A DNA stretch of 45,387 bases from Bacillota bacterium (GCA_012510855.1 JAAZHE010000201.1:1-45387), one strand, 5' to 3'. Positions 1 to 8,547 are shown, counted from the stretch's first letter. Made by a program: numbers and translations. The notes: generated by a model from the sequence alone, not told the origin.

Positions 1-276
1 CTCCTCGACAGCAACGCCAGCCTTCCGCAGCGCCTCAACGGCTGCATCAAAGTCATCTACCTCAATGGCAATGTGGGCTTTCTTGTCTTTTTCTTCAGAA
101 ACGCCCTCCTCCCAGGGGATGATTTCAATCATGCCTTTTTCCTTACCGGCAATGAAAACCTGAGGGGGTTCGCCGATCTTAAAGATGGTGCGAAAGCCCA
201 GTACTTCTTCATACCAACGTGCTAGCCTTTCCGGGTCTTTGGCCATCAACCCTAAGTGCTCAATACCCTTAAACAA
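1..276 (-). CDS. VOC (glyoxalase / bleomycin-resistance / extradiol dioxygenase) family protein; C-terminus runs off the window edge
   Basis: My own minus-strand translation (not in the ORF track) reads (L)FKGIEHLGLMAKDPERLARWYEEVLGFRTIFKIGEPPQVFIAGKEKGMIEIIPWEEGVSEEKDKKAHIAIEVDDFDAAVEALRKAGVAVEE, which looks like a VOC module. TTG at 276 is preceded by GGGAGG (289-284) with a 7-nt spacer. The frame is open to position 1. Confidence 0.6.
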   Translation of the reverse strand, partial: MFKGIEHLGLMAKDPERLARWYEEVLGFRTIFKIGEPPQVFIAGKEKGMIEIIPWEEGVSEEKDKKAHIAIEVDDFDAAVEALRKAGVAVEE

Positions 277-509
277 TGCTAGTCCTCCCAAAGCCGATTA
301 GAATCCTCATGTGCGAATTCCTTCCCATGTAACTGGTTTAGCTCCTTGCGCTGAATGAAGGGACAACACTGCTTGCTCCTGCTTCCTTTCCCACATCACA
401 CGGGTAATGGGCTGCGGAGCTTGTCCCAGCAGTCTTCCCCTTACACGGACGAGGACAGACACCCTCTTTTCCCTCTTGAAGCTGCCTGCCCTCCTGTATT
501 CACTCCCGC

Positions 510-1325
510 TTAGCAGTATTTCCGCAGGAACTCTACTGCCTCCTTGGCCGCGATGTCCGGCTCCGGATAGGGCAGAATTTCCACTGTAATGAATCCGTTG
601 TATTGCAGTGCAGTCAGCGTAGTGAAGATGGATTCAAAATCTAGATGGCCCCTACCGGGGGCATGGCGGTTAGAATCGGCAAAATGGATATACCCGATGT
701 AGTCGATGTACTTCCGGAGGGAACCTTCAATGGAGGGTTCTTCAATATTCATATGGAACAAATCGGGCATCAACTTGACATTATCATAACCCAAGCGGTC
801 TAGAATCTCTGCCCCTTGGGCACAGGAATTGACAAAGTCAATCTCGTAGCGGTTGACGGGCTCAAGGAGAATATCGACTCCGAGCTTTTGCCCCAGTTGA
901 GCCAGCTCCTCCATGGCCCTAAGGAAATTGTCTTCCGCTTCTTCCCTGCTGATATAGGCGAAATACGGACCCCGTACTCTCCCGATGTTGATCATGGCAC
1001 CGAACTCGGCAGCGACTTCCATCAAACCCTTAAACTGGGCTATAGCCTGATTGCGCCGTCCTTCATCGGGATCTGTAAAGCACAGGGCCGACTGGCCGTA
1101 GATTTGACCAGTAGAGACTACAGGAAGCTCCAGGTTGTACTCGTTCAGCAGCTTTTTAATGCGCTCGATATCCACTTGGCTTCTATCCAACAGTGCCAGC
1201 TCAATTCCGTCATAACCCAGTCGGGCAGCTTTCTCGATACTTACCTCCAGCCGATCACGAAAAACCACGAAGGCAGAGGGCAAAGCCGTCTCCGGGGCTA
1301 TGGCTAAACCTATCCTCTGTGACAT
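510..1325 (-). CDS. sugar phosphate isomerase/epimerase (xylose-isomerase-like TIM barrel) family protein
   Basis: The 275-aa ORF has the family layout (GYDGIELAL..., LLEPVNRYE, HFADSNRHAPGRGHLDF). I prefer the ATG at 1325 (MSQRIG...) because GGAGGTGGGAG lies just upstream. The GTG at 1337 abuts the SD. Confidence 0.75.
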   Translation of the reverse strand: MSQRIGLAIAPETALPSAFVVFRDRLEVSIEKAARLGYDGIELALLDRSQVDIERIKKLLNEYNLELPVVSTGQIYGQSALCFTDPDEGRRNQAIAQFKGLMEVAAEFGAMINIGRVRGPYFAYISREEAEDNFLRAMEELAQLGQKLGVDILLEPVNRYEIDFVNSCAQGAEILDRLGYDNVKLMPDLFHMNIEEPSIEGSLRKYIDYIGYIHFADSNRHAPGRGHLDFESIFTTLTALQYNGFITVEILPYPEPDIAAKEAVEFLRKYC

Positions 1326-1443
1326 TGGTTCTCCCACCTCCCTAAGATCTCCCTAACGCAAAACCTTCCTCTCCTTCCCTGGACCGGGAAGGCCCTCGGC
1401 TTGAACACCATGTTCCTCAAACCTTATTTTTTATAACTTATAC

Positions 1444-2082
1444 CTATTGTACCAGCTTTTGAGTGATAAAATCCAGACTGGAGAAAACTCTTTCCTTGAT
1501 TTTGGGATCAATTTGCTGAATTACCCGGGCAATGGATATTTGGGCCAAAAGCACGACTTCCACTTCCTGCATCAGGGTCTCCACCGTTGCTACCACAACG
1601 GCATCATGGCCGTCAACGTCACCCCGATTAAGCCGTTCAAAGGCTTCACCGCAAAGCCGGTATTCCACTTTGACCTCTTTGTTTAACCGACGGGAGACTT
1701 CTTCAACTAAGCTGGCAGTAGGTGATTGAGTGGTGGGATTGGTCATCACAATTCCAATGCTATCGTGATTTTCTATCGCCCATTGGATCATGGGTTCATC
1801 GATCTTGATTATAGGTGCATTGATGTGTTCCCGTACCCCGTCTACATAAGGAGAAAGGGAAGAGCAGGTTACAATGATCAGTTCTGCCCCATCCTCCTCC
1901 AATCCCTTGGCCAGGGCGGTCATTCTCGGGACAACTCGGTGGAAAGCTTCCCTGCGCAGGCACTTGAGTAATCCCTCATCCAGCACATTAATGATTTCCA
2001 GCTCTGGCTTGGCTTTGGCCACCACATCGTGCACCGTCTGGATCACCAATCTGGTGGAATGGATTAATCCTACGACTGGCAT
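1444..2082 (-). CDS. Asp/Glu/hydantoin racemase superfamily (AroM-like) protein
   Basis: MPVVGLIHST..., the first catalytic-loop motif IIVTCSSLSP, GIVMTNP, and a second loop LLAQISIAR with no Cys. GGAGG lies 10 nt upstream of the ATG at 2082. The 12-codon extension in the ORF track runs through a hairpin and is rejected. Confidence 0.6.
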   Translation of the reverse strand: MPVVGLIHSTRLVIQTVHDVVAKAKPELEIINVLDEGLLKCLRREAFHRVVPRMTALAKGLEEDGAELIIVTCSSLSPYVDGVREHINAPIIKIDEPMIQWAIENHDSIGIVMTNPTTQSPTASLVEEVSRRLNKEVKVEYRLCGEAFERLNRGDVDGHDAVVVATVETLMQEVEVVLLAQISIARVIQQIDPKIKERVFSSLDFITQKLVQ

Positions 2083-2101
2083 GTACCTAAACCTCCGTCT
2101 T

Positions 2102-2131
2102 GAGGGCGCCCCTTGCATAGGGGGCGCCCTC
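2102..2131 (-). promoter_or_regulatory. GC-rich perfect hairpin between the cupin and racemase-fold genes
   Basis: GAGGGCGCCCC (2102-2112) pairs with GGGGCGCCCTC (2121-2131) to give an 11-bp perfect stem with an 8-nt loop. No U-tract follows. It lies about 5 nt upstream of the racemase SD on the minus-strand transcript. Confidence 0.5.
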
Positions 2132-2172
2132 TTAACCAGCGACCAAACCCTGAGATCAGCAAGATGGGGATC

Positions 2173-2556
2173 TTACTCAAAGACATCCTCATCATAGATA
2201 ATGTAAGAGTCTGGACTGGTTGGTGCTGAGAAGATAGAAGCGGTAATCAGCGGCCCGTCCCCGGTGTTTCGCACCTGGTGCTTGGAGTTGGCTGGAAAGA
2301 GGACTGCATCGCCTTTCTTAAAGGTGGCTGTTTCCCCATCAACCCAGGCTTCTCCTTCACCTTCCAGGATCAGGATTACCTCTTCAATATCTCTATGGCT
2401 GTGTAAGGGCTTGACCACAGACTTGCCGGGACAGGTCATGATGGCTATGGAAAGCTGCTCTGCCCCGATGGTCTCCGGTGTGACCAGCCACTGTAGATCC
2501 CGACCGGGAAGGCGCTGCGGCTCAATGGAATCTAGACTGACAACACGAACTGCCAT
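2173..2556 (-). CDS. cupin domain protein
   Basis: A 127-aa ORF with the cupin motifs HSHRDIEEVILILEGEG and GDAVLFPANSKHQVRNTG. An AAGGATGTGG SD lies upstream of the ATG. Confidence 0.75.
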   Translation of the reverse strand: MAVRVVSLDSIEPQRLPGRDLQWLVTPETIGAEQLSIAIMTCPGKSVVKPLHSHRDIEEVILILEGEGEAWVDGETATFKKGDAVLFPANSKHQVRNTGDGPLITASIFSAPTSPDSYIIYDEDVFE

Positions 2557-2571
2557 TTTACCACATCCTTA

Positions 2572-3582
2572 TTAGTTTCTCTTTTGATTTGCCGCCATCC
2601 GGCTAACGATAGTAAAGGCCCGCTTGATACCCTGGGCATTGGCAATTCCCTTACCGGCAATGTCAAAGGCTGTGCCGTGGGCTGGAGTCGCAATGGGAAT
2701 CGGCATACCTCCATGAACGGTAACGCCTTTATCAAATCCCAGGATCTTTAAGGCGATCTGTCCCTGATCATGATACATGGAGACTACCGCATCGTACTCC
2801 CCAGCCAAGACTTTCAGCCAGATGGTATCGCTGGGGAAAGGCCCCGATGCATTGATCCCGTCTTCTCTAGCCTTCTTGATGGCTGGCTCAATGACGTCTC
2901 CTTCTTCGCTGCCAAACAAACCGTTCTCGCCGCAGTGGGGGTTTAGACCGGATACCGCAATTCTAGGGACTTCTTTTCCGTATACCTTGAGCACACCATT
3001 GACAAAATTGATGGTCTCATAGACACTGTCCACGGTAATTAGGGAACTTACATCCTTGAGTGCAACGTGGGATGTTACTCTGGAGTTCCAGGCATCCTCC
3101 ACCACATTGAGCTCTCCCCGGACATGGGGGCAGTTAAACTCACTCTTAAACAGTTCCAATTCGCTGCTAAAGGGACAGCCGCTGGCATGGAGAGCTGCCT
3201 TATTGAAGGGCGCAAAGACAAATCCGTCGATCTTACCTTCTTTAGCCAGGCCGATGGTATACATCAGTGTGTCGTAAACAGACTTTCCTGCCCTGGCATC
3301 GACCTTAGCAAGCTCCAGTTCCGCCGGATCCACAGTGGGGTAGTCCAACAGCACCGGATGCTCCAAGGGGAAGGGGATATCTTCATAGCTCTTATAGACT
3401 GGCACGTCGGTGTTGGTCTTTGCGAATTTCTGGCCCATGGCCCAGATCCGCTGATCGCCAATGATGACAGTCTGTGCCAGACCCACTAACTCCTCATCAG
3501 CAATCAGCTTTGCTACTAGTTCCGGACCGATGCCGGTGGGGTCTCCTAATAGTACACCAACGACTGGCTTCGTTCCCAGCAT
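2572..3582 (-). CDS. PdxA-family NAD(P)-dependent dehydrogenase (divergent paralogue, probably not vitamin B6 PdxA)
   Basis: LGDPTGIGPELV, GLNPHCGENGLFG, MYHDQGQIALK and HGTAFDIAGKGIA match PdxA hallmarks. The conserved PFTGHTEFF loop reads PFSSELELF here. Confidence 0.85.
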   Translation of the reverse strand: MLGTKPVVGVLLGDPTGIGPELVAKLIADEELVGLAQTVIIGDQRIWAMGQKFAKTNTDVPVYKSYEDIPFPLEHPVLLDYPTVDPAELELAKVDARAGKSVYDTLMYTIGLAKEGKIDGFVFAPFNKAALHASGCPFSSELELFKSEFNCPHVRGELNVVEDAWNSRVTSHVALKDVSSLITVDSVYETINFVNGVLKVYGKEVPRIAVSGLNPHCGENGLFGSEEGDVIEPAIKKAREDGINASGPFPSDTIWLKVLAGEYDAVVSMYHDQGQIALKILGFDKGVTVHGGMPIPIATPAHGTAFDIAGKGIANAQGIKRAFTIVSRMAANQKRN

Positions 3583-3650
3583 TTTACCTACCTCATTTCT
3601 CTACAGTCAGGATCAAGAGTTCATGCATGTTTCCGGGAAGCAGCCGGCCT

Positions 3651-5168
3651 TTAGGCGGTTGCTTCACCGTTATTCGCCTTGCGCTTCGACATGATACTGA
3701 GCACCACAGGCGATAGGCAGAAGATGATTGTGAGGGCCAGCAGAACCTTGGCAAGGCCGCTGCCCACAAAGATGCTCAGGCTTCCCCGGGAGATATCAAA
3801 GGCCTGGCGTACGTAGCCTTCCAGCATCGGGGAAAGCACGAAGGTCAGCAGCAATGGAGCTGCGGGGATTCCAGCGATACCCATGAAGTAGCTCAAGATT
3901 CCCATGGCGATCATGAGATACACATCGAAAAGGCTGTTGTTTACTGTATAGGTTCCAACTACGCAGATCACTGAAATGATGGGAATCATGACACTTGCCG
4001 GGACTTTGACGACTCTCATCATCACGGGAATCGAGGCAAAGGCAATGATGAGACAGATGATGTTCCCCACATACATAGAGCTTATTAGACCCCAGACGAA
4101 ATCTGGGTTTTCTTTAAAGAGAAGGGGACCCGGCCTCAAGCCCCACATCATGAGTCCTCCCAAGAGTACAGCGGTGGTGCCGCCGCCGGGAATACCTAAG
4201 GTAAGGAGGGGCGCAAAGGCTCCCATGGCCGCGCCATTATTGGAGGATTCAGCTGCAGCTATGCCTTCAATGGCGCCTTTACCCATCTGGTCGCGGTTTT
4301 TGTTAATCCGCTTTTCGATAATGTACGACAGAAAAGCTGCAGAGGTTGCGCCGGCTCCGGGCATGACACCGATGATTGTCCCAAGTATTCCCTGTCGAAG
4401 GTTGATGGGGAGAATTCGCTTTAGTTCATCCCGCTTCAGCATGCTCTCTCGAAAACTGACATCGTGTACATTAACAGAAGCGTATTTTTCTTTGTTGACT
4501 ACCATATCGATAACTTGGCTGAAACCGAACATACCGATGACTAAAGGAATAAAGGGAACTCCGCTCAACAGGTGGACACTGCCGAAATCATAACGGGGTA
4601 GTCCCATGGCCATGTCTACACCTACGGTTGCAAACATGAGACCCATACCGGTGGCAACAAGGCCGGTGGTGGGATTCTCCCCTAGGAGCCAACCGATGGA
4701 GGTCATGGCAAACAGAATTAGCAACGTAAGCTCCCCTGGACCGAAACTCAATCCCCATCTGGCCAAAAGGGGACCAGAGATGGTGAGAATGATGATTCCC
4801 ATTGTCCCTCCAATAAAGGATGAGACGATGGCGCTGGATAGAGCCAATCCAGCTTTGCCTGACCTGGCCAGTGGATAGCCATCTAGGGCAGTCATTACCG
4901 CAGGCGAGTCACCGGGGATGTTGAGCAGAATGGCACTGAAGGCTCCACCGTACATGTTGGAATAGTACAGCGCGGCTAGAGCAATAATGGCTGTGGTCGG
5001 GTTCATGCGGAAGGTAAGGGGAAGCAGCAGGGCAACGCCCGCTAGCGATCCGATACCCGGTACAGCCCCGACAATCAATCCCAATATTGCCCCAACCAAA
5101 GCTGAGATCAGATTCGGTAGCGTTAACGCCACTTGAAATCCTTGCCACAAAAACTCTAGGTTTTCCAT
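3651..5168 (-). CDS. tctA: tripartite tricarboxylate transporter (TTT) large permease TctA
   Basis: A 505-aa polytopic membrane protein with TctA-type motifs (GAVPGIGSLAGVALLLPLTF, GVMPGAGATSAAFLSY). It is followed by tctB- and tctC-type genes. Confidence 0.9.
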   Translation of the reverse strand: MENLEFLWQGFQVALTLPNLISALVGAILGLIVGAVPGIGSLAGVALLLPLTFRMNPTTAIIALAALYYSNMYGGAFSAILLNIPGDSPAVMTALDGYPLARSGKAGLALSSAIVSSFIGGTMGIIILTISGPLLARWGLSFGPGELTLLILFAMTSIGWLLGENPTTGLVATGMGLMFATVGVDMAMGLPRYDFGSVHLLSGVPFIPLVIGMFGFSQVIDMVVNKEKYASVNVHDVSFRESMLKRDELKRILPINLRQGILGTIIGVMPGAGATSAAFLSYIIEKRINKNRDQMGKGAIEGIAAAESSNNGAAMGAFAPLLTLGIPGGGTTAVLLGGLMMWGLRPGPLLFKENPDFVWGLISSMYVGNIICLIIAFASIPVMMRVVKVPASVMIPIISVICVVGTYTVNNSLFDVYLMIAMGILSYFMGIAGIPAAPLLLTFVLSPMLEGYVRQAFDISRGSLSIFVGSGLAKVLLALTIIFCLSPVVLSIMSKRKANNGEATA

Positions 5169-5205
5169 ACTAGCACTCGCTTTCCAATGGTTTTCCCATC
5201 AGCTG

Positions 5206-5637
5206 TTAGATAAGCCCCAAAACTCCCTTTGGAAACGGCACCCGCAACCAGGCAAAAAAGACAGCGTAAATGATTGCCACAGTGCCTACACTAATGGCCA
5301 GGGACTTGGTCAGGGTCTCCTTCTCCATGAACTTCAGCCAGGCAAAAATGTAGATCGCCATGGAGATCAGCATGCCCACTACCTGGGACAAGAGGATCAT
5401 GGCCAGCAGAGCACCTGCCGGGAGAAGGGCCTTCCAGCTGAACTTTTCACCTTCATCCTTTGCCTTTTTTCTCTTCTGCAAAATCAGAGATATACTAAAC
5501 ACTATAGTCAGCAGGCCGCCAATGAGCGGGAGGAATCCTCCTCCCGGCCCATTGCGCACCCAAAGACCGTAGTCAAAGGCACCGATTACCCAATATACAC
5601 CTAGCAGCAGTGCCACAATGGGTGCAACATACTGCAC
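5206..5637 (-). CDS. tctB: TTT small permease TctB
   Basis: A 143-aa, four-helix hydrophobic protein between tctC and tctA. GAAGGGAG lies upstream of the GTG at 5637. Confidence 0.7.
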   Translation of the reverse strand: MQYVAPIVALLLGVYWVIGAFDYGLWVRNGPGGGFLPLIGGLLTIVFSISLILQKRKKAKDEGEKFSWKALLPAGALLAMILLSQVVGMLISMAIYIFAWLKFMEKETLTKSLAISVGTVAIIYAVFFAWLRVPFPKGVLGLI

Positions 5638-5699
5638 GCTACATCTACTCCCTTCACGAACAATAGAGGGACCTTGCTTCAGAGTCTAAAATCTTGCCT

Positions 5700-6676
5700 C
5701 TACTTAATATAGCCAACCTCTCTAAAGGTCTTCATGTTTAGGTCGATCATGTCCTTGAAGTATGCCTCAGTGTCAGCAGCGTTCATATACTGATTGATCA
5801 GGAGATTCCTCTCGATATAGTCCCGCTTCCACTCTTCGGTCTCGGTGATCTTGCGCAGCATCTCCTCGTAAAACTCGACAGCTTCCTTGGGCATGTTGGG
5901 TGGTCCAGCAATAGCCCTGACTTCAGTTACTTGAATCTCAGGATAACCCAGCTCACCAAAGGTGGGCGCATCTGCAAACAAGCCGCCTAGTCTGTTAGCT
6001 GCGAAGGTAGCAATGGGGATGATCTCGCCAGCCTGAACCTGACCAATGCACTCGGTGGGGTTGAAGATGCCGACATCCACATGTCCACCCAGTACTGCAG
6101 ACATTACTTCACCGGAGCTATTGAACATGACGTAGGAGAATTCGCCTTCGGTGTACTTATTGATCAGCTCAAAGGAGAGGTGGTCACTGTTACCCCGCTG
6201 GGCACCGCCGATGGTGATTTTGCCGGGGTTCTTCTTAGCTGCCTCAATTAGGCTGGGAACATCCTTGTAGGGGCTGTCCTTGCGCACGCCTAAGGTCAAC
6301 TCGTCAAAGGCTACAGTGCCGATATAGGTCAGGTCTTCAGTCTTTACCCGCCAATCGTTGACATAGGCACCAACAGCTTGTCCAGAGTGAAGAACCATCA
6401 GGGTGTGGGCATCGCCCTTCTTGGTGTTCACATAGCTAAATGCAACTGCGCCGGAACCGCCGGGCTTGTTGACTACCATAATCGGAGACGGAGAGAAACC
6501 ATACTTCCGAGCCAAGTCCGAAATAGTCCTAGCATTCAGATCGCTGCCGCCGCCGGCCGATGAAGGCACTACGAACTCAATGTCCCGAGTAGGCTTCCAG
6601 TCAGCAGCCGCAACAGCAGAGGTTGCCAACAACCTAGGACCAGGCTAATCAGCAAAAGATTAATCAATCTTTTCAT
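5700..6676 (-). pseudogene. tctC: TTT substrate-binding protein TctC (Bug family) with an apparent 1-nt frameshift between signal peptide and mature domain
   Basis: The mature domain is 5700-6632 (AADWKPTRDIEFVVPSSAGGGSD...). An ATG at 6676 with AAGGAGGA upstream encodes MKRLINLLLISLVLG, but this is in a different frame. The two frames join cleanly if one nt is added near 6632-6634. Confidence 0.6.
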
Positions 6677-6806
6677 TACTAATCTTCCTCCTTAATAATC
6701 TCTTTTCTCCCTTGCCTCGACATCTGCTAAATCACAGTGCAACGTCTCTTGCCGCAACTCCCCCCTCTCCGCCAAGACTTCCCAGAAGCCTCACGACATG
6801 ATTGCG

Positions 6807-7472
6807 TTAGGCCCCTGGTTTTTTGGTTTGACTCTTGGCTTGGCTGTCAAATAGTCTGAGCAAGATTTCCTTGCCCACGGTGACGTCTTCTGCGATGATT
6901 TGTTTCGCCAGCTCCCTGTCTTTATTCCGCAAGGCCTGGACTAAGCGCTGATGGCGCTCAATTGCAGCTTGGCTGTTGCCGGGATAATGCAGGGTCATGA
7001 TGCGAAACCGCAGAATCGGATCCATCAGGCTGCCTAGTATGGCTTGCAGCCTTCTATTGCAGCTTTTTTCTAGAATGTAATCGTGGAACTTTGTATTGTG
7101 CTCGAAGACTGCATCTATATCGTTTTTCTCCAGGTAATATTCGGATTGACTAATAAATCCCTCTAACTGCAATAGGTCCGCTTAGGTCATGTAATCAATG
7201 GCCTGGTCCAGAGCGTATTCCTCAAGCACCCTTCTAATACCCATCAGCTCTTCTATATCTTTGATGGAGACTTCGCTGACCACCAAGCCTATCCCAGGCT
7301 TGTGACAAACCAACCCCTCGTTTCTCAAGAGTGCTAAAGCTTCTCTGACAGGAGTTCTGCTGGTATTGAAGGTTTCGGCTAATTTGGTTTCAGTCAGCCT
7401 AGTCCCAGACGGCAGCTCACCTTCCAGAATCTGTCTGCGCAATTCTTCATATACCTGTTGAATTAAGCTCAT
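6807..7472 (-). pseudogene. GntR-family (FadR/FCD-type) transcriptional regulator interrupted by an in-frame TAA
   Basis: The wHTH part (MSLIQQVYEELRRQILEGELPSGTRLTETKLAETFNTSRTPVREALALLRNEGLV...) ends at a TAA (7184-7182). The FCD part (ADLLQLEGF...FHDYILEKSCNRRL...HQRLVQALRNKD) continues in the same frame to 6807. Confidence 0.65.
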
Positions 7473-7510
7473 AGCCTCACCCGCCGGGATTAACCGCATG
7501 TATGATAGTG

Positions 7511-7546
7511 TGTATACGATGTATCCATTGTATTTCTTGTATACAT
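7511..7546. promoter_or_regulatory. candidate GntR operators (two GTATAC-centred palindromes)
   Basis: TGTATAC lies at 7511-7517. The perfect palindrome TGTATACA lies at 7538-7545, within CTTGTATACATTG. Both sit immediately upstream of the GntR gene. As I recall it, the core resembles the B. subtilis gnt operator core TTGTATACAA. Confidence 0.4.
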
Positions 7547-7573
7547 TGTCTGTGATTCGGGATCGAGGAGCAA
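7545..7573 (-). promoter_or_regulatory. candidate sigma-70/sigma-A promoter for the GntR-tct operon
   Basis: On the minus strand: TTGCTC (7573-7568), a 17-nt spacer, then GACAAT (7550-7545). The -10 abuts the TGTATACA palindrome. Confidence 0.35.
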
Positions 7574-7800
7574 GTTCCTGCTAGTTCTTTAGAAATACCA
7601 TAAAATTTTTCCCGGTGTGGTTACAGGCCAATCTTGAGCTTGTCTTGGACGGAATCGCGTCTACGAAAAGGCCAGTTGCGTCAGCCTTTGGAAGAAACTT
7701 TCCTAAAGAAAAGGCAAGACTTTATCCTAATTCTTCAAGGATATAGGCTTCCTGTGACGAAACCTGCCAATGCTACTAAATGAGTGAAGGAGATGACTCC

Positions 7801-8547
7801 ATGGGTTTCGCAGGCAAAGTGGTCATAGTTACAGGAGCAGGCAGAGGCATCGGTAAATGCATTGCCCTAACCTACGCAGCCCAAGGGGCGAAGGTAGTGA
7901 TTGCTGAAAAGGACCAATCGCTGGGTGAAACAACCCTGCAGTCCATCAAAGATTTCGGAGGGGAGGCTCTCTTTTGTCCAACCGATGTGACTAAGCCAGA
8001 AGATATCCATAACTTGATGGCTGAGACCGATGCCGCCTATCACCGGCTGGATATTCTCATTAATAACGCCGGTATTGGCATAACCAAATCACCCTACGAA
8101 CTAACGGTGGATGAGTGGGATCTAGTACTCAATACCAATCTCAGAGGGACCTTCCTCTGTGCTCGCGAAGCAGCCAAGATCATGCGACGCCAGGGAGGCG
8201 GGGCCATCGTCAACATTGCCTCCACCCGGGCTTTCATGTCCGAAGCAAATACTGAAGCCTACTCTGCTTCCAAGGGAGGGATTATTGCCCTCACCCATGC
8301 CTTGGCTATTTCCCTCGCCCCAGATAAGATCCGGGTCAACGCCATCAGCCCCGGGTGGATAGAGACCGGAGATTATTCTGAGCTTAGGGAAATTGACCAC
8401 CTTCAACACCCCGCAGGCCGGGTCGGTACGCCTGATGATATAGCCAGGGCTTGTCTTTACCTCACCCATGATGATAATGACTTTATCACTGGAGCCAACA
8501 TTATGATTGACGGGGGAATGACCCGTAAGATGATCTACGAGCCCTAA
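7801..8547 (+). CDS. SDR-family oxidoreductase
   Basis: GKVVIVTGAGRGIGK (TGxxxGxG), NNAGI, and YSASKGG (YxxxK). AAGGAG lies 8 nt upstream of the ATG at 7801. Confidence 0.85.
   Translation: MGFAGKVVIVTGAGRGIGKCIALTYAAQGAKVVIAEKDQSLGETTLQSIKDFGGEALFCPTDVTKPEDIHNLMAETDAAYHRLDILINNAGIGITKSPYELTVDEWDLVLNTNLRGTFLCAREAAKIMRRQGGGAIVNIASTRAFMSEANTEAYSASKGGIIALTHALAISLAPDKIRVNAISPGWIETGDYSELREIDHLQHPAGRVGTPDDIARACLYLTHDDNDFITGANIMIDGGMTRKMIYEP

Noticed and set aside
407-589. A 60-aa plus-strand ORF, and possible structured RNA, in the 233-nt gap between the TIM-barrel and VOC genes.
   Set aside because: The ORF is Pro/Leu/Ser-rich with no SD and overlaps the 3' end of the TIM-barrel gene. I could not identify a riboswitch-like conserved core or a convincing hairpin plus U-tract.
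816-1307. Long ORFs antisense to or overlapping well-supported genes. Examples: 816-1307 +, 3067-3489 +, 3976-4593 +, 8122-8598 -, 13996-14430 -, 16862-17317 -, 22218-22616 -, 24693-25118 -, 26845-27279 +, 27566-27985 +, 30352-30954 +, 34539-35078 +, 35380-35844 +, 37657-38121 +, 38049-38438 +, 44597-44995 +.
   Set aside because: Each lies inside a gene on the other strand or frame that has clear family motifs and an SD. Their translations are low-complexity (Ser/Pro/Arg-rich) with no recognisable motifs or ribosome-binding sites. They are shadow ORFs.
1444-2118. 5' extensions proposed by the ORF track for many genes: 2118, 1337, 7499, 7780, 9584, 11070, 15749, 23541, 26092, 27188, 28339, 29657, 31431, 32803, 34038, 37546, 38435.
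   Set aside because: In each case an internal ATG, GTG or TTG has a GGAGG-type SD at 5-10 nt, and the encoded N-terminus matches the family. The extensions lack an SD, overlap the upstream gene or a hairpin, or add atypical Arg/Cys-rich leaders.
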